NCBI GenBank assembly: GCA_021613535.1 | Contig: CP075495.1 | Coordinates: forward strand, 8,990,001 to 9,054,000 | Direction of reading: 5' to 3' | Length of the DNA stretch: 64,000 bases | From: Adineta vaga | Taxonomy: Eukaryota > Animalia > Rotifera | Made by a program: the position numbers and the translations under genes | Part shown: in pieces, positions 1 through 17,015 of the stretch | Numbering within the stretch: position 1 is the first letter of the stretch | Layout of the letters: each line of letters begins with the position of its first letter | Notes under the pieces: generated by a model | Databases searched by the model: none | The model's input: the letters and a program-made list of their open reading frames with translations, nothing else | Told to the model about the DNA's origin: nothing

Positions 1-1265
1 AAATTTAATCAATTATTCGACTTCCGGAAAATAAATTTCTTTTTGTTTGCATGAAAGAAAAAGAGCGCAGTTTTTGTCATCAATAAAGCTCAAAAAATGT
101 CCTCAATGTCAATATTGACTGGGAAAGAGTATCGTGATATTAGTCATGAGAACTTTTTCAATCATTTAATCTACATCACCTAGAATAGACTATTCTTCAT
201 CAGAGAAATGAATGACTTGATTATTTTTGATCAGTCTCATCTCCATAGAATATTCATATGTGTATAGTTGTCTTTCAACGTCACGTTAGCACATTTATTG
301 TCTCAGAAGATTTTCAAACCCATAGAGTAAAGAAAAAAAGGATTCTTTCAATTTATAGATTATTTCAACTAGTTCTATGTCATGAAACTAAACCAAGCAA
401 GTAATCAACTAATAATTTACATACAATTTTTTTCTTTTAATATACTCCTGATTCATATTTATGCTATATGTTATCAGATTAAAATCATGCAGAAGTAATC
501 ATTCATGCTTAAAGATATCATCCCTTTTCCTATCATAGTAAATTAAATATTTCAGTTTCTATTCTATAAATTACAATTTTGTGGATTCGAATTCATGACA
601 TCCAAATATTGATAAGCACACTTAATGTATGTCTAACCTTTGACTACATACATTTTCTCCAAGGTAATCTAAACATGCGTGTATACATAGACAAATATAT
701 TATTAATTATTTACTCCCACATATATAATGAAATCAATGTATAGTTTAATTAAAGTGCATATCAAAATAATCTATTTTTCTTCGAAGATTAGTGAAACCA
801 AAAGCTTAAAATATTAACTAAATGAAATCATATTCAGGTACAAGTTTTCTCAAATACGAGACGATACTATAAAAAGAAAACAAATCCGTATTGTTAGATG
901 ACTAAAAATACGATTATATTTAGAAAGGCTTATCTTATGATTCACTCGAATAACTATTGCTTATTCTACAATGAAATAAAATACATCATATCTAAAAAAA
1001 TCTTTTTTTATCATTTCAACCAGTCTTTCAACAGACTTCTATTTAACAATGAGAAAAAAAAACAAAAATAAATTTCATTCTTTAACAGATCATGTATAGC
1101 AAAACGCAATATACAGCATTGGTATAGAGATCTAATACTAATACAAATAACAACAAAACCACAGAGGACAAGAAAAACACATCGCATTTGTTTTCTTTTT
1201 TCACAGAGAAACTTTTTGATAACGAAAAGAAAGAAATGAAACATCACCAAGATCGTTTGGACATT

Positions 1266-1267
<2 letters not shown>

Positions 1268-1299
<32 letters not shown>
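1268..1299. repeat. (AG)n microsatellite in the GPCR 3' region
   Basis: Perfect AG dinucleotide run seen directly. Confidence 0.95.
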
Positions 1300-1303
<4 letters not shown>

Positions 1304-1325
1304 GAAAGTAGATATATAGATATAT

Positions 1326-2600
1326 CTAATATCCTGTTGATCCATCACCGTCCACTGTTGATAGAGTTGCTCGAATAGGATTTGTTCGTTCTAGTGCATA
1401 TTCATTAAGTCGACTATTACTCGAACCATTTGCTATACTAATTTGTGCTTGAAGAAACGGTCGGATTTCATGTGAAGATGATGGTCCACTCATTGCACGA
1501 TTTATTCCATGTTTTGGTTTGTCATTTCTATGTAGAAGTTTCTTTATTTCACGTCGAAATATTGATGAAGATGCAAAACAAAAGACAAATGATGCTGCAT
1601 AATATGTATTAATTAAACATTGGAATATGCCAACTTTAATCATAAATGATTTGTATATACTTGGTGTTTCAACTCCACGTTCTGGATCAAATAAAAGTGC
1701 AATGAATATTTGAGCAGGTGCTACCATAGCTAAGAAGCCAATATTCGATGTTAATAACATAGTCGTTACACGTCGTGTTCGACTTTTCGATCGAGATTTT
1801 AGATGTTCATTGCTTGTTGGATTGAGAAAAGATTTTTTAATAATAAATATATTCAATATTAATGTTAATATACATGGCTAGAAAAAGAAATTTGTTGGTT
1901 TTCAGAAAACGAAAATTATTTATTAATACTTACAACAATAATAATTGTAACTAATTCTTGCCAAGTATTTGTTGATGCAAAGAATCGATGAATAGCACTA
2001 CTACTATTTTTATGGAATATACATGCAAGAAACATTGTTTCATGATTTAATGGTATTCGTATACCCGTAAACAAAAGATAATGTAAATTCAACACTAATA
2101 AAAATAAACTAATTTTAATAATCGTATAAGAAACTGTATGTTTATCTCGAGATGGTGTACGTCGAATGATTTTCGATTGTCGAAAACGATCAAGTGCAAC
2201 GACAACAAGAAACCAGGAAGCCATTCCACGTATCCATTGAGAAACAAAAACATTCGTACGACACCAACTAAGATTGAATAGACTACGAACATGAATACCA
2301 TAACCATTGGATAATGACATATGCAGTGTATTTGTTAATAGAACTCCAATGTTTGATATAGCACAAACAGCCATAAATTGACATGTTGTATATTTACGTA
2401 ATTTAGCTCGAAGAAGTGTTATTGCTGTCAAAAGATTTCCACATGTACCAGCAATAATAAGAAAAACAAAATAATCACGATAAATAAATCGATTGATAAA
2501 TATTACAGCTGAATAATCTTCGTGAGATGTAGAACTAAATGAAAATGCACTATCAATAAAAACAAACAAACAAACATTGATTTAATACATACTTATTCAT
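1326..2600 (-). CDS. Rhodopsin-family (class A) peptide-type GPCR, 3 coding exons (~2600-2593, 2549-1934, 1877-1326)
   Basis: ORFs 1916-2569 and 1326-1856 join through GT-AG introns. TM1 GTCGNLL, TM3 end VVALDRF (DRY variant), seven hydrophobic stretches, helix-8-like IFRRE. ATG AAT AA|gtatgt is in frame with the next exon. Confidence 0.85.
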
Positions 2601-4838
2601 AATTTCGAAATATGATAACTAGATCTTCGCTTTAATCCTACTAGACAAGAATAATCGAATGATTTATGAATCTAAAATACACATGTTTCATCTTAGATAT
2701 TAAATAACATTTCATTAAGAATATAAACAATGAAATCACAAGTGCACGGTTACTTCATTACGGAAATCGTTTCATTTTTCTTTTATGTAATTGGATATCT
2801 AAGAAGTCGATTTCTTAGTGAAGTCACATATCAACTTCGCTTGTTGTCTAATAATAGATATAAGAAGAGAAAGAGAAATGAAACTAGACGGAGGTAGTAT
2901 AACATGCAAGAAGATCAAAGGAGATGTGTCAAACAGAAGAGTAAAAAAAACTTTTTTCTCGCCCATGCACATATTTTTCTTCTTTTCCTTTCAGTAAATT
3001 TTATTAATGAAATGTTGAATGTACTTTACCGAACTTTGTTTCCTTTTCATCACATAGCGGAACAAATTCATAATCGATTTTAGGACTGTTCAACTCGAAC
3101 TGCAAAACCAAACTTTTTTATGCAAATAAAATATATTAGAAGATGTGGTATGTCTTAAAGATTAACCAAGACATATCTAGCAAACTAAATACTACTGTTT
3201 AACATTTTAGCCAACAATTCGTTAATCATGATCTGACCTATATTACTATATTTTAATATTAAGACTATTTATTTTCTCAGTTTTAACTATATTCATTGAC
3301 GTGAATTGGACAGAAAAATAGTATAGAAATAAATGCCTAATAATGCAATTTATAAATATTTCTTGTTCATTAATTCTTTTGTAAAAGAGGGAAAAAAAAG
3401 AAAATATTTAGTTTTTCATCGAGTTAAATTGGTCGAATAAAACTTAATGAACTATTTTTTTCTTTCAGATCGTTCTAATCAAGAAGAATATTTATTAGTT
3501 ATTAAATATAAGATTACCTTGAAAGAAAAACACGGGAATACTATTGTTTTAAATCATATTGATATGACGATTTTCTTGTGATACAAACGACATGAATAAA
3601 ACAGATGGAATAAATACTCATGTGAATATTTTCGTTTCCTTTTATTGACAACAAGATGTCGAAAAAAGACTTAATCAACACGAGAAATTCTGATTACATT
3701 TGACATTCACAGCTGTAGGATGATTTGTCTGTCAATAAGGTTAAAATATAACAAAGACAAAGAAGATAAACAAAATACAGTAAGTTATTTATGTATTTGA
3801 TAGTGTTCAATAAAACGAAACAAACTGTTCAAAAGTATTGAAGATTACTTCTGGAACGTGAATAAAAGAATGATTATAGTCTCTACAATTTCTTCTCATC
3901 AACTAATGAAACAATGTCAAAAAAAAACCATCTCCTTGGGCAATATTTTCTATCGATGTCTTCCTAGTTCATTTTGTCCTCATTACTATTAGATCGTGAT
4001 AATCATGCTCGATTAGAAATTCTTCTAAAGAATTATGATTGACTATTTCGGATTTCCTGTGTAAATGTCATTCATACCACTTTCTTTGTACGAAAGAAGA
4101 AAAAAATTTATGATCTTGAAAAACAGGGTCATGTTCGCTCATTTTATCAATTTCATAATAGAAAAAAAGTATGTTTCTCGGAAGCGCTCATTATTATTGA
4201 AACAAATAATAATAATAAAAAGAAATACCTCTCATACTAATGATAGATAGAAACAATGATGTTATTTTATATAAAAATACAAGCATCCTCGTATATCTAT
4301 GCGAACACTAACAATAAAGAAGTCTAGAACAGATTTATTAACAAGAATTTATGGTATTCTTTAAAAGACTCATTCACGAAAAAAGCCAAAAGCAGGAAAG
4401 TTGTTCTATTATCAATGAACCACCTCCTCAATCTCTCAAATAATTTCACATAATTACAATGTCATATTCATTCACTGTGATCCTTCGGAAATTCAAGATA
4501 TTAAGACAAACAGATGCACGTCAACTACCTACGAGTAAATATATTCATTAACATTTGTAATTATCTATGATTTCTTAACAAAGAATTAAAAAAGAAAATA
4601 GATCTTAGATAAATGCAATATGTAAATTAATATTCCATTTTCTATAGTATGAAATAAATATAAACCTACTATTCAAAAAAATAGAAAAAAACAAAATGAA
4701 TTCTAATAAGTAGAAAGGAAAGTAGATTCAGTCGAATAATAAAACGATAGCTTCCAGTCTTCTCTTTATTCTAAATCTAATTCGAGAAAAAAATCTACTT
4801 TTTAGACTGTCGGTTTTCTTTCTCTTCTCTCTAGATCT

Positions 4839-4851
4839 TATATATATATAT

Positions 4852-4882
<31 letters not shown>
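4839..4882. repeat. Compound (TA)n(AG)n microsatellite
   Basis: Seen directly. Confidence 0.9.
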
Positions 4883-4884
<2 letters not shown>

Positions 4885-7693
4885 TTATACAGGAAAGATA
4901 CTTAGAGAAATAATAAACGAGATCTATGACGTCGTTAAGTAGAAGAAAAAGAAACGTCGAAGCTTTTTCATCTTCATTTCCAATTAATTAATAAAATGAA
5001 TTATGTATATTATCATACGCAATATGTCGCCGATTTTCTTTTTTTGCGGAAAAAATGAGTTTTCCTTACTCATTCACTCGTTTTCTTTTTAGAAAAAGAA
5101 AGATTAGAGGTTTTGAAATAACTTTCAATTATATTTCTCGATTAACACATATAGCAAAATAAATCTCATGGACGCATTTATTTGAAAAGATTTGTCCCTA
5201 TTATTCTTAAATCATCCTACTTAAATATATCTTCTATTCTTTTTGTAAAAAAACAGTAAATATCAGATGAAAATCATTAATAACTAAGACTAGTCATTTA
5301 ACATGATTATAAAAACCAAGTAATTCTCATCTAACTCTTGGCAAATCAATAAACTTCATGTTCATTCATTTTCTCGAGAAAACAAATCTGTATTCGTCAC
5401 TCATCGTTGCGATTTTTCACTTTAACGAAAAACTTATAACAATACTCAAAATGAGACTTATTTGTTAGCGTATGGAGGAAGGAAGTATGTAGTAGAACAG
5501 ACAAAAAATACTTTATCGAAAGTCAGGAATGCCTTCAAGGAATAACATCATTTATATTAAAACTTATTTTTATGTAGTACTTATCAAGTTTTGATTGTCT
5601 ATTAAAGCACGAATGAAATTACTTATTCTTATTAATATATAATCAGATTAGATAATTAATCAATGCTGGAACAACTAATCATTCGTTACACAGAATTATA
5701 ATTATTCTAGAGACGATAAATAATTTAAGCAAGTAAAAGTACTCAATAAATCGATCAATTCATAAATGGAACGAAATGTTTTCATCGGGACAGATATTAT
5801 AATTAATATAAAAGCGTAGTTGAAAGTTTTCTCTGCAAGGAAAAATTCTCTTTACCTTACCGGAAGATTAGTAATTTCTATCGGTTATATTCTTGATAGG
5901 TAGTTTAAGAATAGATTTTTAACGTGAAAAAATGTCTTACACTTGACAAACTAATGTTCTTATCGCTCAACTTACTGTTTTAAAAGTACAAATTTCTGAG
6001 TTACTATGCAAGTACTTTTGTGCTTTCATTTCTTAATTGTAGAAAAATATTTAGTATATATCGAAAGCAACACATCCATCTGTTCTATTCAATCTATTGT
6101 TAGATCTATAATTTTTTGGCGTAACAAAATATTTGTTTTAGAACTTAATCGACAACAAGCTACACTAGAGATCCTTTTATCCTTACAAAATATTGTGTTT
6201 TTATAGGTTTACTATAAGACTAAAGCATTAGACAATATATGTAGAACAGAAGAAAGTATACGTATAGAAAGGAAGGAACATTTAGGGTAATTCCTTATGG
6301 AATGATTTAAGAAATATTTCATAATATCTATTTCCTTCAAAAAAAAAGAATCCTCACGTGTTGCGTTCACAATCACCTACGCGTAGTAGTATCCGCCTTT
6401 CTACTAATTACTTAACTTTCTTATCTATCATTAGCTAGTAAGTTATTATCTATTCCGGAAAAGCCGAAATAAAAAAAATTGTTCTTCTAAAAACTCTTAC
6501 TTTTGTTTCTTTTTAATTTGAGAGAGGAAGTAAATGTCAATGAGAGTCTAAAATATACATTGAAATGGCGTAGTTTTCTTTGTTGACCTAATCTTTTTCG
6601 ACAATAGTTTATTATGTAGATAACTTCATGGAAAACATAGAAAAATAAAATAACAATATGAACGGATGTTTGTTGACATAATTTAGAAACGTGCAATGCA
6701 TTAAAGATCAATTAATGAATGTCGTAAGAACGAATTAATAGAGAGAAAAGCTTTGCATCTATATTCATTTTTTATACAATATTTTGTACCCTTAAGAAGT
6801 GTATATTTACAAAAAGAAAAAACTTGTCCTATTCACATGATTTGATTTACAGAAATAGTTCATAAAAAAAACGACGATATTAATCATAGTGTTAAATAAA
6901 CACTCGATGATTTGAGATTAGTTGTAGTAATGAGCGAGAAAAGGAGAACTTATTCATCGTTTACAACATTTCCATGATTTTCTTGTGCAATTTTCTAGAA
7001 CATAATTACAAGGTATTTGATTATACATGATACATTTTGTAAGATCTATTTCAATATGCGTATATTAGCTATTTATTCTATATTTTCCATCGATAGTCTC
7101 CAACTGATATATACTAATGAATATTCATATGGTTTCATGTGTTTCTACGTTGAAACACCATGCAGAATTATCATCATACATTGTTGTGTTAATTTTTCAA
7201 TATGAATAATAATAGTTATCAGACGATTATTTTGTTTTTTTCTCTTAGGCATTCCACAATCTAAATGGACTAGTTCTCATACATCATATTAATTGTTCTA
7301 TGTCAATATGTAATAACTATCTATATAATGAAACATTATCTACTTTGCTCCTGATGCATGAATAGTTTCTCTATTCGCCTGAAAAATAATTTTGTAATGA
7401 AGTGAAATAATACATCATGCATTCTTCAAAAAAACTACTAGACTGAGAAAATTAAACTATCAGAGAGAGTTTCCTATTTACAAGTCTGGGATCAGTTCTG
7501 AACAATCGACGATATCTGCAATGAATTTAAATGAAATGATTTTATTTTTATAAAAGAGCAAGAAAAATCATCGTTCATCATTAACAATATGTGTTTTGTG
7601 TATCAATTCGATCCACAACGAAATGTAGAACATCTCACTATCATAAAGTTCGTTTCTTGGATAAAATAAAAGACAAATGACCAGTCCATAGTA

Positions 7694-9653
<1,960 letters not shown>

Positions 9654-10911
9654 ACTGAAATTGTCGAAATTCAAAATACTGTTCACAAGAAAAGTAGTAT
9701 CGATGAACGTAACGGTAATGTCGACTAATGCTTTCTGGATGGTCTTGTTACTGTATAAGCATGTGTCTGACACATTGGCACGCGGAGACAAAAGATGGAG
9801 AATAGAGGTGAAAAGAAATGTGATGGTAGTCGTGAAGCAGCGGCAACCAAAATGCTTTCTTTCCGTTCTCTTTTTTTCTCTCTTGCAGATTGATCGTCAA
9901 TGTAGTCAGAAGAAGAAGAAGAAGAGAAAAAAGAATAAGAAAAAAGAATGAAGACGGCGACTACAACGACGATGATGATGATGATGATGATGGTGGTGGT
10001 AGTAGTAGAGTGGTACGCTGTAGCCGCGTGTTAAGGACGACAATGTGGATGTCGACGGCGAAACACTGCCGCTGTTCGATGATGTTGTTGACATACAGCA
10101 CGTTCTATCTCATGACATGTTGATGTTGTATACAACCATTCGATCGTTGTAATAAAAAAAAAGAGGAAAGAAAAGAAAGAAAGAAAGAAAGAAAAAGAAC
10201 TACTCGTTCTCTTCTTTTTTTCTGAGTCCTTACTCTCGAACATTGTGCATGAAACAAAACATACACAGACATACAATGAATGATCCGAACCAGAAAAGAA
10301 AAAAAACCCGTTGATACGTCTAATTTTTATTTCTAGGCATATTTGATAAAATCGCAGTAGAATCGAGAGAAGAATGGATTGTTAGTGAAAATTAAATCGA
10401 TTTTTTTTCTATTTTATTCTATAGAATAACGAAAGCATAAATATATTGAATTTTCGTATAAAATAGAGACTGAATGCGTAACATTATCGATTTGATATAA
10501 TAAAAAAATACAATTACCAAGATTAATCGATTGATATTGAGCTGTGAATAGTAGATGTCACCATGAATTTTGTTGGACATATGAAAAAGAAGGATGATGT
10601 TTCCAGAAAATGATTTTCGTAACTTTAAACATATCCAGTCTATTTAGAAGACTATACGATATACTTTCATTTTCGATTACTTTGTTATACTGTCTGATGT
10701 CTAATAGATATCGACAGGTTTTATAAATGAAAGATTGACAAGAACTTAGCATTATCAAAGTATGCTAAATTCATTTCTTTATTTCTTGAGATTTTCGGTT
10801 AACATGAATATGATCTTTCTTTTTATTCTGTGAAAGAAATCTGAACTAAAAAAAATAATAATAAACAAAAATCTAGCATTTTAAATTGATCACACAGAAA
10901 AAAGGATAATA

Positions 10912-13303
10912 TTAGGAAGCGTTAGTATCGTTCTTTAATAGTCTTTGATATTCAAACATCGCATCTAATATTGTCCAAAGACAAGAACCTTCTGGATAAT
11001 CATTATCAACTAAATTCACCAGAAAATAACTATTGGCAATTTGCTCAATAACAGCATGTGAACGTGAGTCAGGTTCATACAATTTACCCCAACGTTCAGT
11101 CCATAAACTAAAAGCTTCATCCTATAGTCATGAAAACAAATTAATTTTCAGAAAATCAAATCTTTATTGTCTCTTACCTTCCAAATCATGAAACTAGTAG
11201 GATCAACAACAGTTGGTTGAATGATTTCTCGGCCTGTAAAGACACCCCATGTCACAGCTATGGGTTGTTCGTCAACATTATTCGTTTCATTGACTTCACC
11301 CTACAAACTTCGTGTAATGAAAGAAAATGAAATGAAAAATAATCTTACAGATTTATTCACAAAATGATAATTAACATTCGGAAAGTTTTTCAAAACACTG
11401 CGTAATGCTGAGATATTGTCAGCACTGGTAAAAAATTCCAAATATGCCTAGAAAAATGAAAATAATCTCTTTTTAACAGTGCATCAAATGCAAATTCTAT
11501 GCTCACTTTTTGATAAACATAACCATTGAGAGTACCCCAACCAACAATTGTATCAGAACTCGGTTTTCCATTGACTGCTGGTTGAGAATTAATTGTTAGA
11601 ATTCCACGTCGATTGAATTCAAGTAAATTGTTTTGAATCAATGATGTTTCCGATGACAATTCCTCATCTGTCCAAGGAAAATGACGAACAACTTTACCAA
11701 TATGATTTTTCTCTCCACCGATATAACAAGCAAACATCCGCCAAACATCTTCTTCACATGTCAATTCTCGTCCCCATTCATCAAGTAATTCATCACGTGT
11801 TGCATCGATCTTCATATAAAACAAATGATAATCAGTTAGCATACCAAATGAGGGTGCCGATGATAAACCCCAACGTCCATTAGGAAATTCATTCCAATTT
11901 GATGTTCGATGAACATAAGATTTTGGTCGTATACTCCAAAAGATAGGCCGAACATTTTCTTTTGAACGTGCAAAACTACTCGATGTTTTCTTCCATGGTA
12001 GAGCACGTAAGGGTTGTTCTTCTAACCAAAGACCGAGCTTTTTTAATATTTCAATTGTTGCAAATTCTCGATTTAATGTATAGAAATGTAGACCATAGAC
12101 TTTACCAGATTCTAATAATTCACGACATAAATCAAGACATGCTTGTACACCAAAATTTCGGATAGCTTCATCATTTTCTTTGATTGGTTCAATGCAAGCA
12201 AGAATTTCTTTGGGTACATCAAGTTTTGCTAATCGAACAATATTACGAAGACTTGCGTAACCCTAGAATTATCCTATTTTACTAAATTTACATGAAACAA
12301 ATTCGTTTACTTGAATTGGAAAGATGCCTGGGATAATTGGGCATGTAATACCTGCTGCTCGACAATCAGATTCAAATTTAATAAATGTTTCAGCTTGAAA
12401 GAAAAGTTGAGTAATGATAAAATCGGCACCACAATCGACTTTTTCTTTCAAATAACCAAGATCATCTTCATAGGATGTTGAATCTGGATGACCTTGCGGA
12501 TAACCTTGAATGAATACAATACAAACTTAACAATCTATGGAAAGAAGAGCATGTCATATACCAGCAACACAAATAACAAAATAATTTCCAAAATGTTCTC
12601 GAATAAATTTGACTAAATCAAGTCCATACCGAAAATCACTCTTACTCGGATCCCATTCTTCACCAACGGGAGGATCTAAAAAGAAATATATTTCTTTGAT
12701 ATTAAAATCTTTATTTTCTCCTATTTCAATTTACCTCCACGTAATGCTAATAAATTTCGAATACCAAAATCTTTAGCTTTATTAAGAAAAGTTAACATTG
12801 TTTCTCTTTTTGCTCCATAGCATGTAATATGTAACATTGTATCAATGCCACAATAGTTTAACATTGTATTAGCAATCATCATTGAACTTGTTTCTTTATT
12901 ACTTGCTGGATCACCAGCTGGATGCCAAGTTATATCACAGAACAGTGGTTGACCAATAGCCATTCGATCAAAACTAGTTTCCATGATGAAAATAAATATT
13001 CCAATCAAGACTGAATCAAATAACTTACCATCCGATTAAATTAGCTGCACCACTTGGTGTACGTGGTGGAAAAAATTCCAATGAGTACCAACGATCATTA
13101 CTTGCCATACGTTTCTCAATTTTTTCTGTTAAACTTACATATTTAGTCGCTTGAAGACAACACCCTTTAGCAGCTATATTGGCACCTTCACTCTCGGCAC
13201 GTTTCAAAGTCTGCATATTATGTTTTGTTTCAGGATCAATTTCATTATCGTACATATTGTGACTACTTGGAACGGTCTGATTTTCAGAATCTGTTCGTGT
13301 CAT
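10912..13303 (-). CDS. MTHFR: Methylenetetrahydrofolate reductase (eukaryotic type with C-terminal regulatory domain)
   Basis: [48 protein letters not shown] and AVTWGVF motifs across GT-AG spliced exons. Confidence 0.97.
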
Positions 13304-14510
13304 ATGCGTTTGAAATAGTGAAAACAGTTATATAACTTATTTCGATCGACAAATATTGAAAGAGAAAGAGATAGAAATATATTAACCTGTTTCGTTCTAT
13401 TTATTTGAGACAGTTATCATACATCAAATGCGTGATATGATAATAATCTAGAAAGAAAAAAATGATTGAAAGGAGCAAGGAAGAGGCTCGAAAAAAGAAC
13501 CTTGCTCGTGTTCCTAGGGAATATTAGTTTGTATGTATATAAGTACTAAGTACATGTACATGTACATGCATCTATCTATCTCATAGGTAATTTCAATAAA
13601 TGGACAAAAAACATATCCATTCAAATATCGAAGAAAACGACCAAATTCAATGGAGGTCGCTATGAAACATTCATACACTTTTTTGAATTATTTTTACTTT
13701 TGAAACCAATCCTTTTTGTTTAGCTGAGAAAACGCATCGATGATATCATACTGAGAGCAGATGTAGCTTTAAATGAAAGATTAAAATTTATTTTTTTTTA
13801 AAGTCCTGGTATGCATGAGAAAGAGAAAAAAAGAGTATGCTGATAATAAATATTTTGAAAGTGTGAGAAGCGAATGATATAGAATAAATTTTAGTCAACA
13901 TAAGATAATCGAAAGTACACTTACATTTGGCGAAAAGAACGTTTAAAAAGTACAAATTATAAATATATGTAACCTCCACGTTTGATTCCGTTCTTAGAAT
14001 ATATAAACTTAAAAATATGAAAAGTCTGATCACACGAGAGGTTTTTTTTCTTCGGAAGATTGTACTTTGATATTGCCTACTTAGCGTATTAATAGATTTA
14101 CTATCGATCGACAATCATGCTACTGTATTTACTTTTCGATTTATAATCGACAGTTGATGATATATTAACATTCGGTCACAAAATGTTGTCTATTCAGTTG
14201 CATTGAATATGTATTTCGTTAAATAAAAATTACGATTTATGATGTAGAATTATAAATTAACATCATCATTTACTGAGATTAAAAAACGTCTTCAGAAAAC
14301 AAATAGCCGCTTTGTTAAAATCAGTACTGCAATGAAATTACAGCTCAGACGGTAATTCTGATATTCATCAGTAGACGTTTTCGATATTTCCAATTGTTAG
14401 ATTCGAACATTGGACGGACATCTATCGTTTTTATCGTTTCTTTTTTCTCTTCTAGATCCATTCATTCAAACATATCCTATATAATGCTTAAATAAACTTT
14501 ATTTCAATAT

Positions 14511-16611
14511 CTAAACTGAAATATCTATAACATCTTGCTCATCGGTTACATCAGAAAAAAGAACGTTGAAAACTTGATTGTAAAAGTTCGGATAGAAAGT
14601 ACAAGCACGATGACAATCGGGTGTGAAATTAATTTCTAATAATTTTGGTTGAACTTGATTATCAATCATTTCAAGCATTAAATCAGCAGCATACAATGCG
14701 CGAGATGAAATACATCCGTCAATACCTAAGGGTGGTTCTTCATGACTTGCACATTGAAATATTTCTCTAAACATTTGATATATACGTTGTTCAACAATAG
14801 ACCATGTTTCTTTATTTTGACCATATTGTTCATTATACATTGAAATAAATGTTTGACAATTCATTTGTCGAAGAAATGCATTCGGTCGATAATTCATCAC
14901 AGTAAAATGTGTTTCGTAATCATCGAGTTCTTTTAAAGAAAATGGTTTATTTGCAAAACGAAGCCAAAATATCTTATGAATATATAGTTTTAAAGGACGA
15001 ATACTTCGTAGAAGTAAAACATAACGAACATCAAATTTAACACCACCATCAATTTCCGGAATTTGCAATAATATCGGTGATGAAACATATTTGCAGGCTA
15101 TTTTTGGACCTGATTCAGGTAAACGAACGATCATATCAAATGAATTCGTTACTGACATATCAATCGAACGTGTTAAATTAATTGGCTTTATTATCCATGT
15201 ATTATCAAGATGTTGATCTTCACGATACTAATGTACAGAAAAAGAAATAATTGAAACAAAGATAAATCATAAAAAGAAATAATTAATACTTGAAAATAAA
15301 CAGCAAATTGTGCTAATTCATACGTTAGATTGAATGTTGTTGCTAACCATGGTGGACTTCCTTGAGAATCAATAAATAGATCAGTATCTGATGATTTTGA
15401 ACTAAAATGAAATCATCTTATTTGAATCCTAGATGAAATTATTTTTACCCAAATAATGTTTTCCATCTTCTTGCAACAAGTGATAATAATTCTTTGTTCG
15501 TAACGATATTTTCCAGAGGAAATTGATTGATTAATTTATCGCCTAATGTTTCATAACGAAAATCTTGTATTGGTTTCATTAAAAATAGTATATCAGCTTG
15601 ATCAGGATTATCAACTAATTGATAATGTGGATCATTTAAATGTTCTTTAACAAGATCATGATCGGTATATACTTTCCAAATATGATTTAGATCAATTTTC
15701 CTTGGTTTATTATTCCTTGGTGTTTTATCATATAAATCATTTTGATGACATTTCTCATAGATTTCAATATTATTTTCAAGTTTTTGATTGAATAATTCTG
15801 GATTAGTTTCGATTGTTAAATTTCGAAGAAATTGTTTTCGATTATTTATATGTCGCCATGGTAATAATCGAATACTTCGATCGAGTGTATCCTTATTATC
15901 GTAGACAAAATTTCGAAAAATTTCTGAATATGGTTGATCAATACGAACAATGGGATAGAAAATTGAAAACATTGTTTGAGTTGGTGCGAAGAAAAATGAT
16001 GTACAACACACATTTGCATTCGTACTTGAATGACGTATCGATGAACCTAATTCATCCATTATATACCTAGTAAATAATCAACCAACATTGTCTAATTCAA
16101 ATCAGATTCATTCAACCTACCAATACGGTTCATAGACTTCTTCACAATCCTGTTGAGGATTGATTTGTGTTGATGTTAATGTATATGTTTGATTATATTT
16201 CCACATACGTTGTAAGATAACTTCAATTCCATCTTCTTTCGTGTCTGTATCAATATTCATTAATGATGCCATACGTTCATATAAACTTGGTATATTTATT
16301 AGATTACTTCTTGCATCTTTTATTCGATATGTCCATGCATGATCAATAAGAAATATAGCATTTTCATCTGTATGTGGATCGAGAATAACATTTTCTAATG
16401 TTGAAACATAATACCGTCGTTCACCATTGAATACATCATTTTCAATCTCATCATCATCCACCGGACATAATTGAAAATAGGAACCACTATCAAAGATTTC
16501 ATTCTTCATTTTTTCATATAAACGTCGATAAAGATGTTTGGGTATGTTATTCAATACAAGTTGAAATTCATGTATTCGAAGAAATTGTTCGTAATCATTA
16601 TCATCCGTCAT
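14511..16611 (-). CDS. TTLL12: Tubulin-tyrosine ligase-like 12 (SET-like + TTL-like)
   Basis: IFLIDHAWTY, MDELGSSIRHS, WIIKP, KFDVRYVLLLRS and LLEINFTPDC motifs typical of TTLL12. Confidence 0.93.
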
Positions 16612-17015
16612 GATCTATAAAGAATTCATTCTTAATATATATATATATGTAATTATTCTTCTGAACTCTTTTATTCACAACACAGATAAGCCAGAAATTT
16701 AGTATCGTATCAAGCAAAGCAAAAATTGAAAATTTTCAAAGTACACACGCGCATAGAATATTCAATAATAATAAAAAGACAAAAGAAAAAGACAAGAAAA
16801 CAAAACAAGATAAAAAGCAGCGTGTATATAACTGACTTCTTTAATTTACGTCTGTATAAATTGAATAGAATAGAGAGTAGAAAAGAAAGGATTTTGTTTT
16901 CTTCAAGATTATTCATAAGACAAGAAATTAGCCGAAAGAAAAGTATTCAATTGATTTTTGTATACATACTCTTCGATAAACTGTAGAAAAAGAAAGAAAA
17001 AACCAAATGAAAAAT

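Noticed and set aside
4065-7205. Short 60-75 aa ORFs in the intergenic region
   Set aside because: Composition is typical of AT-rich non-coding DNA (F/I/K/L/N-rich), with no motifs or splice-consistent structure.
13510-13522. GTTCCTAGGGAAT, an X-box-like near-palindrome upstream of MTHFR
   Set aside because: Lacks the terminal AAC, and there is no supporting context.
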